Part shown: one piece after another, positions 1 to 10,417 of the stretch
Layout of the letters: every line of letters begins with the position of its first letter
How positions within the stretch are numbered: the first letter of the stretch is position 1
Virus record (IMG/VR): IMGVR_UViG_2706795377_000001
Coordinates: 52,360 to 116,359 of that record
Strand: one strand, 5' to 3'
From: a virus
Taxonomy: Duplodnaviria > Heunggongvirae > Uroviricota > Caudoviricetes
DNA: 64,000 nucleotides
Made by a program: the position numbers and the translations under genes
The notes under the pieces: generated by a model
Seen by the model: only the letters and a program-made list of their open reading frames with translations
Told to the model about the DNA's origin: nothing
Databases searched by the model: none

Positions 1-380
1 TTGACAAGCGAAAAGATGAAGTGTTCAAAGAGGGAGAAATGAGAAAATACTTCTTTGATAAGCCTTGCACATACAGATTCTTCAAAATTGTGTTCATTTC
101 CAACAATAGCGACCCCAAAAACTTAGCAATTAACTACATTAATTTCTATGACACTCAAGCAGATAGTGTAAGTCCATTCTGGAAGTCACTATCAACAACA
201 ATGCCCTCTCAAAGCACTATTAGAAGTGAGGGACTTAAAGATTTGTCTGTGTTAGATAGAAAAAGGAGGACTTTGAAAGAAGGATTGGAGCCATCTGGTT
301 CCTTCGGAGATGGAAGTCTTCATAAAATAAAAATAGACTTGAATAGCAAGAAAAACATCAATGAAATCAAAATAATTTAG
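1..380 (+). CDS. C-terminal part of a structural (tail-associated) protein, 5' end outside window
   Basis: Reading frame is open from position 3 with no upstream stop, so the ORF enters from outside the window. Stop at 378-380. C-terminal segment FKIVFISNNSDPKNLAINYINFYD resembles the end of a galactose-binding-like domain, as in the following genes. Confidence 0.4.
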   Translation, partial: DKRKDEVFKEGEMRKYFFDKPCTYRFFKIVFISNNSDPKNLAINYINFYDTQADSVSPFWKSLSTTMPSQSTIRSEGLKDLSVLDRKRRTLKEGLEPSGSFGDGSLHKIKIDLNSKKNINEIKII

Positions 381-391
381 GTGGTGAAAAA

Positions 392-1639
392 ATGGCTATC
401 AAAAGAGTTTATTTAGAGAATATGAGCATTAATAATATTCAAAGCTCTTACTTTGGGTTTGCTCGTCTTTGGTTTTATGATAAGAATGGCGATAGAATTG
501 ACTCTGGTACTCTTCTTAAAAACCATGTGAATCTTTGCGAGTCAGAGAAGATGTATATTGAAGGAGATATTGCATATAGTTCAAGTTATCCAGCATTCAA
601 TGCAGTAGATACAACACTTCCATTGTCTTCTTACGACAATAGATACATGTTAAGTTCACAATATGCCCCACATTGGTTTCAAGTTATTTTCAAAACTCCT
701 GTAGAAGCTTTGAGTAAATTCACAATTGACACTAGAGCATACACCGATTGTTCTATCGACAGCTTGTTCAAAGTAAGCTTCTACGATGAGTTTGATAATC
801 TATTAGCAACATACGAGGTAGACCCAAGACCACATTATAGAGAGAAAGCAAAATATCGCATTCATACAATTGAAACACCAGAGTTGATGGAGAAACCAAA
901 GTTTTATGTTCTTCAAGATATACAAGAAGCTGGAACAAAAAATTACGTAATCGACATGATTGAAAAGAGCATTGTTCCAAAGTTGTGGAACGCAGAATAT
1001 GATAAGGTTGTAAGTGGATTGAATGCTTCACCAGCATACTATTCAAATATTTGTCAAGCAGATAACGTATTTGGCGAGAATTTGGGGTTAACTGATTATG
1101 GAGACTACTCTTACTATAGGTCTAGTGCATCGCCTAACGGAATAGTTAATGTATTTTTTGAAGTTTATTTTCATAAGCCACAAATGATTAACGCCTTTGA
1201 GTTCTCGATTTATTATGGGAATCATGGCACAAATCTAAAGTTTACTGTAGAAGCACTTGATGAAAATGTAAACGAATGGATTTTATTAGGTCTTTTTGAA
1301 CGAGACAATATTGCTCAATACACATTACCAAGATTCGAGCTTAGTAATAGCAATTATTATCATCGTTACAAGATAACCTTTATTAGTATTGATACTTCTG
1401 GTTTACAACTTATTACTAACAGAATGAATTTTTACACATATGAAGGTCAAGTCAGAGAAGTTTCAATTGCATCTGGTGAAGATTATAAAAAGAAAGGAAT
1501 GTCTACACTCAACAAGATTATAACAAATAATCTTAAAAAAGTAGCGACTCAAAACAATAAGCTCTCTTTCTTTGAAGGCAATATTTTTAGTAAAAAATTT
1601 AACTTGAAGAATGAAAAAATTAGAAGCATTACAATTTAG
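392..1639 (+). CDS. Phage structural protein with galactose-binding-like domains (putative tail fibre/baseplate component)
   Basis: 415 aa ORF. RBS GGTGGTGAAAAA precedes the ATG. Packed head-to-tail with four other large + ORFs. Segments such as HWFQVIFKTPVEAL..FKVSFYDEF and VFFEVYFHKP..FEFSIYYGN look like F5/8 type C domains. Confidence 0.45.
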   Translation: MAIKRVYLENMSINNIQSSYFGFARLWFYDKNGDRIDSGTLLKNHVNLCESEKMYIEGDIAYSSSYPAFNAVDTTLPLSSYDNRYMLSSQYAPHWFQVIFKTPVEALSKFTIDTRAYTDCSIDSLFKVSFYDEFDNLLATYEVDPRPHYREKAKYRIHTIETPELMEKPKFYVLQDIQEAGTKNYVIDMIEKSIVPKLWNAEYDKVVSGLNASPAYYSNICQADNVFGENLGLTDYGDYSYYRSSASPNGIVNVFFEVYFHKPQMINAFEFSIYYGNHGTNLKFTVEALDENVNEWILLGLFERDNIAQYTLPRFELSNSNYYHRYKITFISIDTSGLQLITNRMNFYTYEGQVREVSIASGEDYKKKGMSTLNKIITNNLKKVATQNNKLSFFEGNIFSKKFNLKNEKIRSITI

Positions 1640-1674
1640 AGTAATGCTTCTAATAATAATAAAGAGGTGAACCT

Positions 1675-3096
1675 ATGGACAAATATGTTCCTATTATAAC
1701 TAGTCAAGCTAATGCTTCGGAGTATGGAGGTATTGATAACTTTACTGTTTACTCTTCAGGAAATTACAATAAAAGCACTTACCCTAGAGAGATACTTAAT
1801 CGAGATAATCAAGTTGGTTGGGGGAGCAAAACAGGTGATAGACTTGCATGGGTTAGAGTTTTATTTCCACATGTCTACGCTCCAAGAAAGTTTACTATGT
1901 CTACTCCAATTGATGTAGTAATGACAAAGCGAACACCAACCAAATTTAAAATATATGGTATTCGTGAGAATTATCGAAACGTTCATGAGGCATATCAATT
2001 GAGAGCAGATACTTCAATTACTGTCGAACCTGATTGGGCTGGTGCAGACTTGCTTCTTGATGTGAATGAGGGGGAAGGATTTTGGAGTCCAAACCAAACT
2101 AAAGAATGGATAATCAATAAAAGCAATAAAAAGTACATCGGCTTCTATGTTTACATGTATGGGAAAGAAGAAGCTTGGACAGGTACTATGGAGTACTTCA
2201 TTGGAGAAGTTCAGATGTACACATATATTAATGATGAAAAGGATGTTGCGCTGATTAAAAGAAGTGTGGATGGCAAGTATATCTCTATTCAGAAGAACAG
2301 GCTTCATGCAAATCTATTTTCTGTAAGAGATTTGCATGAAGAAAGAGAAAGGTTTTACACTTTTAAATCACAAAGAAATATACGTTCTCCCTTTAGGGTG
2401 TATTTGAATGGAGCAGAAAATTTCTATATATTTAGCGAGACAGCTTACACGAAAGGAAAGTGGTACTATGAAATAAGAGTGTCTTCGGGAGATTCGAATT
2501 ATGGGCAAGCCACATACCATATGCTTGGATGGCACAGCAAAAGCGATATTGAGAACGTTGTGATTCCATATGAAGGCGATGGAGTTTATTTGTTTTGCGT
2601 AAATGGTAATTTATATGGAGCAATTGAACGAAAAGTAGATTATCAATATACCAAAAATACAAGTATGGTTGATAGAATTGGAATTGCTATAGATTTAGAT
2701 AATGATTATTTTGAAGTGTATTATGATGGTGCTTCACAAGGGAAAGTTAAAATGCGTTCTATGGGGAAACCTCTTGTTCCAGTTGTTGGATGTGGTTCAA
2801 GTAGTGTAGGTGAGGTTACTCTTGTTGACAATCCAAAATACCTACCAAAAGGATATAAAAACATTGTGAGAAAGCGAGATTACGAAGATATTATTGTTAG
2901 ATTTGAAGATGCCCCAACTGTTGATGATTATAAGAAGTATGGCGTAAAAGAAGGGGAGTCAATAGAATTTGACAAGCCTTATAACAAATTGAGGGTGTTT
3001 ACAGAAGCTACGATAAATACAGCTAATGGGAAGATTCATTCGTTTAAAATTGTTCCTAGCGCTGAAACAATTAATAAAGTTAGGATTGAGGTGTAA
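1675..3096 (+). CDS. Phage structural protein with galactose-binding-like and SPRY/B30.2-like segments
   Basis: 473 aa. RBS AAGAGGTGA. N-terminal part LAWVRVLFPHVYAPRKF is discoidin-like. Central part GKWYYEIRVSSGDSNYGQATYHMLGW..GVYLFCVNGNLYG..IGIAIDLDNDYFEVYYDG matches the SPRY domain pattern. Confidence 0.45.
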   Translation: MDKYVPIITSQANASEYGGIDNFTVYSSGNYNKSTYPREILNRDNQVGWGSKTGDRLAWVRVLFPHVYAPRKFTMSTPIDVVMTKRTPTKFKIYGIRENYRNVHEAYQLRADTSITVEPDWAGADLLLDVNEGEGFWSPNQTKEWIINKSNKKYIGFYVYMYGKEEAWTGTMEYFIGEVQMYTYINDEKDVALIKRSVDGKYISIQKNRLHANLFSVRDLHEERERFYTFKSQRNIRSPFRVYLNGAENFYIFSETAYTKGKWYYEIRVSSGDSNYGQATYHMLGWHSKSDIENVVIPYEGDGVYLFCVNGNLYGAIERKVDYQYTKNTSMVDRIGIAIDLDNDYFEVYYDGASQGKVKMRSMGKPLVPVVGCGSSSVGEVTLVDNPKYLPKGYKNIVRKRDYEDIIVRFEDAPTVDDYKKYGVKEGESIEFDKPYNKLRVFTEATINTANGKIHSFKIVPSAETINKVRIEV

Positions 3097-3098
3097 TT

Positions 3099-4745
3099 AT
3101 GATTCGTCAAACGTACTCTCATGGTTTTAATAAAACACTTAATGCTGTAATAAACTATTCAACAGATTGCATGTATTTGATAGAAAGACCTTTTGATTTA
3201 TTGTCGAATGCAATTTTAAGAACTATTAAACTCGTTGGTTCACCAACATATAAAACTCCAAAAATAAAGATTGCTATTTTCGAGGAGACAAACAAATATA
3301 AAGAGTTTAGAATTATTTGGATTGGCGAAATTGTAAATGATGGAAAGTACGGAGATAGCATTTATTATGCTGAGAATCTAAATGTTCAATGTCCAAATAA
3401 TGTTTACGTTGGCGTCCTTTACGAAAGAGGAACAAATCTTAATAAAAACACGCTCTTCGTAGATTCAAGTCAAAACACTTGGCACAATAGATATACAACA
3501 AAATTTAATTTTTCAGACTTTAAAGAAGGGTTTCTGTTCGACACAAAAGTTGATGGCGCAAGAAGTGATTATCACTTTCCTTTACAATTTGAATTTGATA
3601 TGAAAGAAGAACCAAAGGTTTTATTCCAAGATGAATCTACAGAATACAAAGTATTCAAGCCAGAACGATATGAAAATATAGCAAATGTTACTATGAATAG
3701 CACTCATATTTCAAGTAGTGGAACACATGAAAACCATCCAAATACGCTCTGGAATTTATTCGATGAAAATGACAATACTTTTTGGATAAGTTCAACTGAA
3801 ACGACATTTCCTAAGTATGTAAAATACGATTTTGGCGTACCTACAACTCTTGATAGATTTGAGATGACACCAGCAAAATCGCCTGTTCATGGTCAAAATG
3901 ATTGGGGGATTAGAAGTTGGACTTTGTATGGCTCTAACGACGATGTTTCGTATAGAGAGGTATTTAAGTCAGATATAACAACATCTAATAAGAATCTTGA
4001 CCAGTACAATTATGCGAATGGAAATGGTTTGAGGTTTGTTAATTTTATTAACAGTAAGCCTACATTCAGATATTTTAAGGTCGAGTTCAAAGACACTTAT
4101 GTAAGTGCAATACCATACAGTAACATTATTGCTATTCAACATATGCGATTTATGAAGTTGCGCGAAAAGACTTGGGAATCAATTGGGGTAGATGTAACCG
4201 AATCAGACTTTATCAATTATGGTATGACTATTGATGAAGTTGAGAATATGACAAATGAAGATTTTAATGAATTGCAAGGTAATTACACAATACAAGTATT
4301 TGTTGAAGATGCTAATTTAGATAAAATTTCAATTGTTAAAGAAACAGAAGAACAAATTTGGTTGAGGAATGAAACAACTGACGAATTCGATGTTGTTAGA
4401 TATACAGAAAATATTTATCTTGAAGAAGCCAAATATATTATTGATAATGGAAATAAAACATTAAAGGACTACTTCAACACAGTTGATGTGTCTGTTTATA
4501 CAGAGGAACCGAATCCAACAAAAAAACAAATTGAAATAAATCAACAATATAGCCCATTAGATGAATTAAGTGGCGACATTGAAATGTATGAATACAGCGA
4601 TATTGATTTAGCCAGAAGCCCAAAAGCTGATAAATCAATATTTGAAGAAGATTATACCCATTCAATTAATGGCGCATATGTAGATAGTGTTGAAATCAAT
4701 TTGAATGATACGAAAGGAAAGGCTAATAGGATAATTAACCCATAA
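3099..4745 (+). CDS. Phage structural protein with F5/8 type C (discoidin)-like domain
   Basis: 548 aa. RBS GAGGTG, and the ATG overlaps the previous stop. Segment NTLWNLFDENDNTFWISSTETTFPKYVKYDFGVPTTLDRFEMTP is typical of a discoidin/galactose-binding fold. Confidence 0.45.
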   Translation: MIRQTYSHGFNKTLNAVINYSTDCMYLIERPFDLLSNAILRTIKLVGSPTYKTPKIKIAIFEETNKYKEFRIIWIGEIVNDGKYGDSIYYAENLNVQCPNNVYVGVLYERGTNLNKNTLFVDSSQNTWHNRYTTKFNFSDFKEGFLFDTKVDGARSDYHFPLQFEFDMKEEPKVLFQDESTEYKVFKPERYENIANVTMNSTHISSSGTHENHPNTLWNLFDENDNTFWISSTETTFPKYVKYDFGVPTTLDRFEMTPAKSPVHGQNDWGIRSWTLYGSNDDVSYREVFKSDITTSNKNLDQYNYANGNGLRFVNFINSKPTFRYFKVEFKDTYVSAIPYSNIIAIQHMRFMKLREKTWESIGVDVTESDFINYGMTIDEVENMTNEDFNELQGNYTIQVFVEDANLDKISIVKETEEQIWLRNETTDEFDVVRYTENIYLEEAKYIIDNGNKTLKDYFNTVDVSVYTEEPNPTKKQIEINQQYSPLDELSGDIEMYEYSDIDLARSPKADKSIFEEDYTHSINGAYVDSVEINLNDTKGKANRIINP

Positions 4746-4775
4746 GCCTAATATCATGAGAAGGAAGTGTGTTAA

Positions 4776-7328
4776 ATGACAGAAAATAAACTTCTCCCTT
4801 ATGTTTTTAAAGGCATGGGGGGAGACAGTCTTTGTACTTTCCAAGGAAACATATGGGGCATGACAAGAATTGGTGATGAAATTTATACGACACCCTACTA
4901 TAATCCTGACAAGATTTATGTAACGAAGTTTGGAACTTTTGAATTGGTTAGAACTATAAAGTTGGAGAAACCTCTTTGGTCATATGGAGGATTGGGAACT
5001 GATGGAGAGAAACTTTATGCCAGATTTGATGGAGAAGGAATTTATATTATAAGAGAAATTGACAAAAATAATGGCATGATTAAGGGAGACTTAATTCAGC
5101 CTAAGACAAGCATATCAGGCAGTATTGGAAGCTTTGTTGTCAATAAGGATTGGAATATGATTTTGATGCCAAATTATGATGGAAATATTTACGCGTTTGA
5201 TTTAACATCTGGAAATCAGATAGGTTTCAATAACTCTGGATTAAATTCCAACACTTGTGGAATTGCAATAACAAATAAAGAGTATATTGTTGTTGGAAGT
5301 TACAGTTCTAACTCAATACACGTTGCTAAAATCAATGATTATGCAACATTTACTGAAAAAGATTTTAACGCATTACACTTTACAAGTGTAGATGTTAGTG
5401 GTGGATACGTTTCAGGGATATGCTCATATGGCAACATCTTACTATATCAAATATATGATACAGGTGATTTGAAATGGTTAAATATTAATAGATTGAGAAT
5501 GGGGGACTCGCACCCAGAACGGTATCTTGTGTTACACGACTCTAAATACAAAACATTTAATCCACTAAGAAAAGTTAAAAGTCTAACAAATCTAGTTCCT
5601 GTACTGACTAGCAATACATCAAATGGAGTGGCTTCTGCAAGCTCAAAGTATAATGACACATTTGACGCTTTTAGAGCATTTGATGGTAATGGCAATACTG
5701 CTTGGACTACATTATCCAATAGTACTTACTGTTGGCTTGCATATGAGTTCACATCACCAACATTAGTTAATGCTTATTCAATCGAAGCAAATGAGACTAC
5801 TATAGGCGAATCGCCAAGAAGTTGGCATTTTGAAGGATTTGATGGTTTGAAGTGGATTCAACTTGACAGAAGGTTAAATGAAACAATGTGGACGAAAGGC
5901 GAGATTAGGGCTTTTACATTCGCAAATACAACAGCGTACATCAAGTATAGAATTGTATGTCATAGCAATTGGAACAAGTCAGCGTCTTACTTGACAATCG
6001 CAAATTTGAATTTTTACAACATCACAGATGGTCAAGGTGGTTGGATGGATTACTCAACCACAATTCCTTCAAGCATTAATGATGTCTTTATTGATGGAAT
6101 TAAGGATTTGTCTATTATTCGTGAGTCGGATTGGAATTATTTATCAAACAAAGACCCTCGTATTAAAATTATTAGATACAATGATGACACTTTAAGCGAC
6201 TTAGCTAAAAATAAGGTGAATGTGATAGCAGTTAAAAACGGATATAAAAACACTTTCAATATGCGTTTTACTCCTGTAAATCAAGTTGCGATTCCTCTCG
6301 ATAACATTTCTATCAACGAAGATATTGAAAAGTTCGACCTTGGGATTGATAGAGAATATCATGATAGAATCAGAATGTTTGTTTCATTCAATAATGGCAT
6401 CTCATGGGAGTCATTCAAGTTTGGTGAGTGGAGAAATGTTGATACTCAAGATGAGAATGATGTCATGATTAATGGAATGAGGGTTTGGGAATTTGAGTCA
6501 CTTAGAACAAAGGATTTCAAAAACAAAATTTCATTTGGGTATGTCAAAGTTGGCTTCATGATTGAAACTGACGTTCTTGAAAAGGGCGGTGTGAAGGTAG
6601 ATGATATCACAGCTTACATCAACACTTACATGAATGGCGCAGATATCGGCAAAATGTCTTTATATATCTTAAATACGACAGCCGCGATTAATATAACATT
6701 TGTTGGCAACAAGTTATCTGGTACATTGAGTGATTTTGATTTGGGTTTAGTTCAATATCGTGTATCCCTCAATGGAAAGCCATACTATCCAATCAATGGT
6801 GAATTTACTCCATTGGATTACTCGCCTGAACCTATCAACTTAAACATTAGAAATCAAGATGTGTTGATGAATCAAATCAATTCTCTCTCTGTTGATTTTA
6901 AAGACTATTGGGGAAATGTTGACACTTGGACAACGCATTTCATTGGAACATATGCTGGATTGATGTTTGCAGACCCATCAGGGAAATACTATACAACTGA
7001 TATTGGTGAGATTCTACAGAAGCTTAATTTAGGCACTCTTACAGCAGGGCAAACAACTCAGGAGAATAAGATTCAACTCATTAATCAATATGGGAACAAT
7101 GTTAAGGACTTGGAGATTAAAGCAGTAAACGAAAAGCTTCCTGATGGTGTTCGAGTGGAACTATCTAAAACGCAATATCCATTCCTTCCAAGTGATAAAT
7201 TAACTTGGAATAACAACCTTGCTTATGGAGATAGAGTTTTGTTTTTTATGAGATTGACAACTGACATTGAAGCAAACTCTGTTCCAAATGGTACATTTGA
7301 AATTAGAGCAAAAGCAACTAAAGTCTAG
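4776..7328 (+). CDS. Large tail fibre/baseplate-type structural protein
   Basis: 850 aa. RBS AGGAAGTG. Contains a discoidin-like segment FDAFRAFDGNGNTAWTTLSNSTYCWLAYEFTSPTLVNAYSIE. Size and position match the large distal-tail proteins of SPbeta-like phages. Confidence 0.45.
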   Translation: MTENKLLPYVFKGMGGDSLCTFQGNIWGMTRIGDEIYTTPYYNPDKIYVTKFGTFELVRTIKLEKPLWSYGGLGTDGEKLYARFDGEGIYIIREIDKNNGMIKGDLIQPKTSISGSIGSFVVNKDWNMILMPNYDGNIYAFDLTSGNQIGFNNSGLNSNTCGIAITNKEYIVVGSYSSNSIHVAKINDYATFTEKDFNALHFTSVDVSGGYVSGICSYGNILLYQIYDTGDLKWLNINRLRMGDSHPERYLVLHDSKYKTFNPLRKVKSLTNLVPVLTSNTSNGVASASSKYNDTFDAFRAFDGNGNTAWTTLSNSTYCWLAYEFTSPTLVNAYSIEANETTIGESPRSWHFEGFDGLKWIQLDRRLNETMWTKGEIRAFTFANTTAYIKYRIVCHSNWNKSASYLTIANLNFYNITDGQGGWMDYSTTIPSSINDVFIDGIKDLSIIRESDWNYLSNKDPRIKIIRYNDDTLSDLAKNKVNVIAVKNGYKNTFNMRFTPVNQVAIPLDNISINEDIEKFDLGIDREYHDRIRMFVSFNNGISWESFKFGEWRNVDTQDENDVMINGMRVWEFESLRTKDFKNKISFGYVKVGFMIETDVLEKGGVKVDDITAYINTYMNGADIGKMSLYILNTTAAINITFVGNKLSGTLSDFDLGLVQYRVSLNGKPYYPINGEFTPLDYSPEPINLNIRNQDVLMNQINSLSVDFKDYWGNVDTWTTHFIGTYAGLMFADPSGKYYTTDIGEILQKLNLGTLTAGQTTQENKIQLINQYGNNVKDLEIKAVNEKLPDGVRVELSKTQYPFLPSDKLTWNNNLAYGDRVLFFMRLTTDIEANSVPNGTFEIRAKATKV

Positions 7329-7355
7329 TTATTCCAATACAATGGAGTGATGATT

Positions 7356-9311
7356 ATGAGCAAAATTGATATGGACTTTAATTCAAGTCTTTGGGTTGAT
7401 AACAGCCCAAAGACTGATTTAAAGTCAAAAGTATATATTAGACACTATGACAATCCCCACAATACAATGCAGGGGATTTTTCGATTGTACACTGGAAGAA
7501 ATAGAGATATAGAATCAACAATCTTTATTTATCAATCCAGAGGTCACGATATGAAATCGGTAATCAGAGTAAGAAAGGACAGGAGAGAAGAACTTCGCTC
7601 CTTCGCTACGATTAAATATCGTCGTAATACTGAGCTTAATGGCTCGATTGAAGCTGTCGCAGGTAATTTCCTAGACGCATTCATTGAAATCAAGCCTAAC
7701 AACGTCATGTATGGACAATATGATTTACTTGAAGCACCTCGTATTACTAAAGATTTGCCTCCAATTAAAGATGCCTTCACAAGAAGCGAGATTGATTACC
7801 AATCTATAAACTGGGGTACTGAAAAGAGGATGCTTGTTGGTAGAGACAAATCTAAACTTGACCAACCAGAATACACCTCATTCTTGGAGTTTGACCTTTC
7901 TGGAGGTCTTGGAAAAGATAAATTGATTGAGAACGCAACTTTAAGACTTTACTATCAAAATCCAAATATTAATGGCGTGGATTTAGAGTTTGCTACAAAC
8001 AATAAATATTGGAGCGAACTAGGAATTACCTATCTCAATAAACCAATGCCAAATTACATCATTACTAATAAATTTTCTGAGAATAAAACAGAACGATATA
8101 TTGATGTTGATTTGACAGAAATTGTCAAGAAATGGTACGATGGAACCGTTACGAACTTTGGTTTAAACATCAATTCATTGTTCGATACTCCTGTAACTTT
8201 TTACACAAAAGAAAATGGATTAAAAACACCTAAACTATCAGTGAAATACATTGACACATCAAAATCTTATTCAGCAAACATTGCGCCATTGGATGCAACA
8301 ATGTTCGTTATTGGTCATGGACATTCTGAACGCGAAGGTAAAATTACTGTTCACAGCGACCGAGGTGCTGACGAAAAAGAAGCAACATTATATGTCCATA
8401 GAATTGGTGTTCCTCTTCCAAATGATAAGGAATCAACGATAGGCACTAGTAGACCAATGATAGACTCAAAACTTATAATTTCGAGATTTGAAAACAATGA
8501 AACAGAGTCTTTTATTACAGTCTATCAACAGAAGGTTGATGATAAACATAGTAAGATTGCAAATACAATACCAGAACTATTCTCTCAAATCAATGTAGAC
8601 CCTGATGCCCATTTAAAAGCAAGCATTACGACAAAGGCATTTGTTGAGAATGACCCTAACGCCAACAAGGATTCGTTCTTGATTTTCCATAAACCAGAGA
8701 TTTCAGTTGTCATTGAAGTTCCTAGCTATGCTTGGCTAGATGCAACAGTTACTGTTAAAAGTGGCTACGTGGATGAAAGAGAAGCTACAATTGCTGTTCC
8801 AACATATGTTGGTGACAAATCTCCTTGGGGAAGAACAGATGGAGACAAGAAGGCAAAAATCGAAAGCACTACACCTGAACTTGCATCAACAGTACTAATC
8901 TACCATGCTGATAAAAGTGAACTTGGTGGCTTTATTAAAGTCTATGAGAGAACAGAAATAAAATCTGACATTGCAGTAAGTAGACCAGAGATTGATTCCA
9001 CGATTAGTACAAAAATCAAATCTGAAATCAACGCAATGATTAATATTAGAGGTGCTTCTTGGATAGATGCAACACTAGTTGCTAAACAAATTAATGAATT
9101 ACCAGCATTCCTTATGATTCACAATGCTGATGAGAAGAAATCTACAATAGCTTCCAGTAGACCAGAGATTCATGGCTTTATCTTTAGGCGTTATGCGGAA
9201 GATAAGGACTTGAACGCAAGAGCCACATTTAGAGCGAAAGACGTAGCAGACTTGACATGTAGATTTGGTGCAAAAGGTAAGTCGGCAGGAGCGTACTACT
9301 TCATCATTTAA
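7356..9311 (+). CDS. Tail-associated structural protein with internal ~60-aa repeats
   Basis: ORF track starts at GTG 7347. The ATG at 7356 has a better-spaced RBS GGAGTGA. C-terminal half carries repeated modules containing SRP(E/M)ID motifs (STIGTSRPMIDS, DIAVSRPEIDST, STIASSRPEIHG). Confidence 0.4.
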   Translation: MSKIDMDFNSSLWVDNSPKTDLKSKVYIRHYDNPHNTMQGIFRLYTGRNRDIESTIFIYQSRGHDMKSVIRVRKDRREELRSFATIKYRRNTELNGSIEAVAGNFLDAFIEIKPNNVMYGQYDLLEAPRITKDLPPIKDAFTRSEIDYQSINWGTEKRMLVGRDKSKLDQPEYTSFLEFDLSGGLGKDKLIENATLRLYYQNPNINGVDLEFATNNKYWSELGITYLNKPMPNYIITNKFSENKTERYIDVDLTEIVKKWYDGTVTNFGLNINSLFDTPVTFYTKENGLKTPKLSVKYIDTSKSYSANIAPLDATMFVIGHGHSEREGKITVHSDRGADEKEATLYVHRIGVPLPNDKESTIGTSRPMIDSKLIISRFENNETESFITVYQQKVDDKHSKIANTIPELFSQINVDPDAHLKASITTKAFVENDPNANKDSFLIFHKPEISVVIEVPSYAWLDATVTVKSGYVDEREATIAVPTYVGDKSPWGRTDGDKKAKIESTTPELASTVLIYHADKSELGGFIKVYERTEIKSDIAVSRPEIDSTISTKIKSEINAMINIRGASWIDATLVAKQINELPAFLMIHNADEKKSTIASSRPEIHGFIFRRYAEDKDLNARATFRAKDVADLTCRFGAKGKSAGAYYFII

Positions 9312-9323
9312 AGGAGTGATTTA

Positions 9324-9494
9324 ATGGCTAACGGTGGATTTGTTAGAAAGAATGGTTATCTTGCAGTACTTCATAGAGATACAGTCATCCCAATGAGGTA
9401 TGTAGAAGAATTGAAGAGAGTTGCCAAAAGAGTTGCCAAAAGAGTTGCCGAGCAAAAGCAGTTCTCTTCTAGTATCACAATAAACATCAAGTAA
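9324..9494 (+). CDS. Small hypothetical protein (56 aa) with RVAK tandem repeat
   Basis: Not in the ORF track, which appears to list only ORFs of 60 aa or more. ATG at 9324 is preceded by AAAGGAGTGA. It encodes MANGGFVRKNGYLAVLHRDTVIPMRYVEELKRVAKRVAKRVAEQKQFSSSITINIK. Confidence 0.3.
   Translation: MANGGFVRKNGYLAVLHRDTVIPMRYVEELKRVAKRVAKRVAEQKQFSSSITINIK
9417..9452. repeat. 3 x 12-bp tandem repeat (AGAGTTGCCAAA)
   Basis: AGAGTTGCCAAA, AGAGTTGCCAAA, AGAGTTGCCGAG. It encodes the RVAKRVAKRVAE segment of the small ORF at 9324-9494. Confidence 0.55.
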
Positions 9495-9665
9495 ATGAAA
9501 TCAGCATTTTATTTATAATATGCGATACAAAAACATAATAAAATACAGGCGAAAAAATTTGGAAATTCGTCTTTCCCTAAACACTATTAGTATTGTAGGG
9601 ATGAGAAAGAAGTTATGGGGCTTTCAACCTCGTAGCTTCTTTTATTTTAAAGGAGGTTGATTTGA

Positions 9666-9899
9666 ATGGAAGTTGTTGTAAGGTATACAGACTACAATGA
9701 GAAAATCAGTCAAGTCGAACTACCTATCAATGCAGACCAACGTAAAGTTATGAGTTTTATTGCTCAAGGTGACGTAGAGAAGGTGCAAATGGATACCATT
9801 GACGATACTATCTCTTTCACAGTCACACAGACCTTTACCAAGTTTGAGTTGAGGGATTATGTTCAAGTATTGCAGAAGTTGCTTATGCAAATGAAATAA
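9666..9899 (+). CDS. Hypothetical protein
   Basis: 77 aa ORF with a strong RBS AAAGGAGGTTGA 7 nt upstream. Confidence 0.4.
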   Translation: MEVVVRYTDYNEKISQVELPINADQRKVMSFIAQGDVEKVQMDTIDDTISFTVTQTFTKFELRDYVQVLQKLLMQMK

Positions 9900-9905
9900 G
9901 AAAGG

Positions 9906-10277
9906 GTGTTGAAAATGAAATTAGTAATAAATAAAAAACTTACAAATAACAACTACGAGGTCGTTTTAAAGCTCGAAGATATTCAGCCAGAGGAAGAGGA
10001 GTTGTTCAATGACTTTGGCAATCCTTCGATTAATATTGGTGGAGCTTTAACTAAGAAAGGCGCTTCTTCGGCAGAAACCGCAGTAGGAGATGCTTTTAAG
10101 TACTTGCCTACAGACTTTCCAATTACAAAAGTATTCACCCATGCTTCACATGGTGAAAAGGCTGAAAATGTCGCCATTGCTTTTATTGACACAATTACAC
10201 TTCGTATACAGACAGCAATTACTGCTTTAAAAGCGAAATCTGATAGCTTTACAGGCAGTACAGAAGTACAACTGTAA
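9906..10277 (+). CDS. Hypothetical protein
   Basis: 123 aa ORF. RBS AAAGGGTG. An intrinsic terminator follows it. Confidence 0.4.
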   Translation: MLKMKLVINKKLTNNNYEVVLKLEDIQPEEEELFNDFGNPSINIGGALTKKGASSAETAVGDAFKYLPTDFPITKVFTHASHGEKAENVAIAFIDTITLRIQTAITALKAKSDSFTGSTEVQL

Positions 10278-10282
10278 ATAGC

Positions 10283-10327
10283 ATATGGGAAATGTGGGCT
10301 TCTCCTGCATTTCCCATATTTTTTTTG
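10283..10327 (+). terminator. Rho-independent terminator
   Basis: Perfect 12-bp stem ATATGGGAAATG / CATTTCCCATAT followed by TTTTTTTT. Confidence 0.7.
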
Positions 10328-10417
10328 GCTTTTAAAGTAAGCCTAATCCATGAATATTCCCTGTTTTTGTCACTTTATTTTAAGAGGGAGTGATAAAGGA
10401 GAAGTCTAATTCAAGAG

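Noticed and set aside
768-1046. Antisense and embedded ORFs inside large genes (e.g. 768..1046-, 1712..1918+, 2014..2307-, 5447..5719-, 18063..18471+, 59305..59937+)
   Set aside because: They lie wholly within long, well-supported ORFs on the opposite strand or in another frame. They lack RBSs and have low-complexity composition, so they are spurious.
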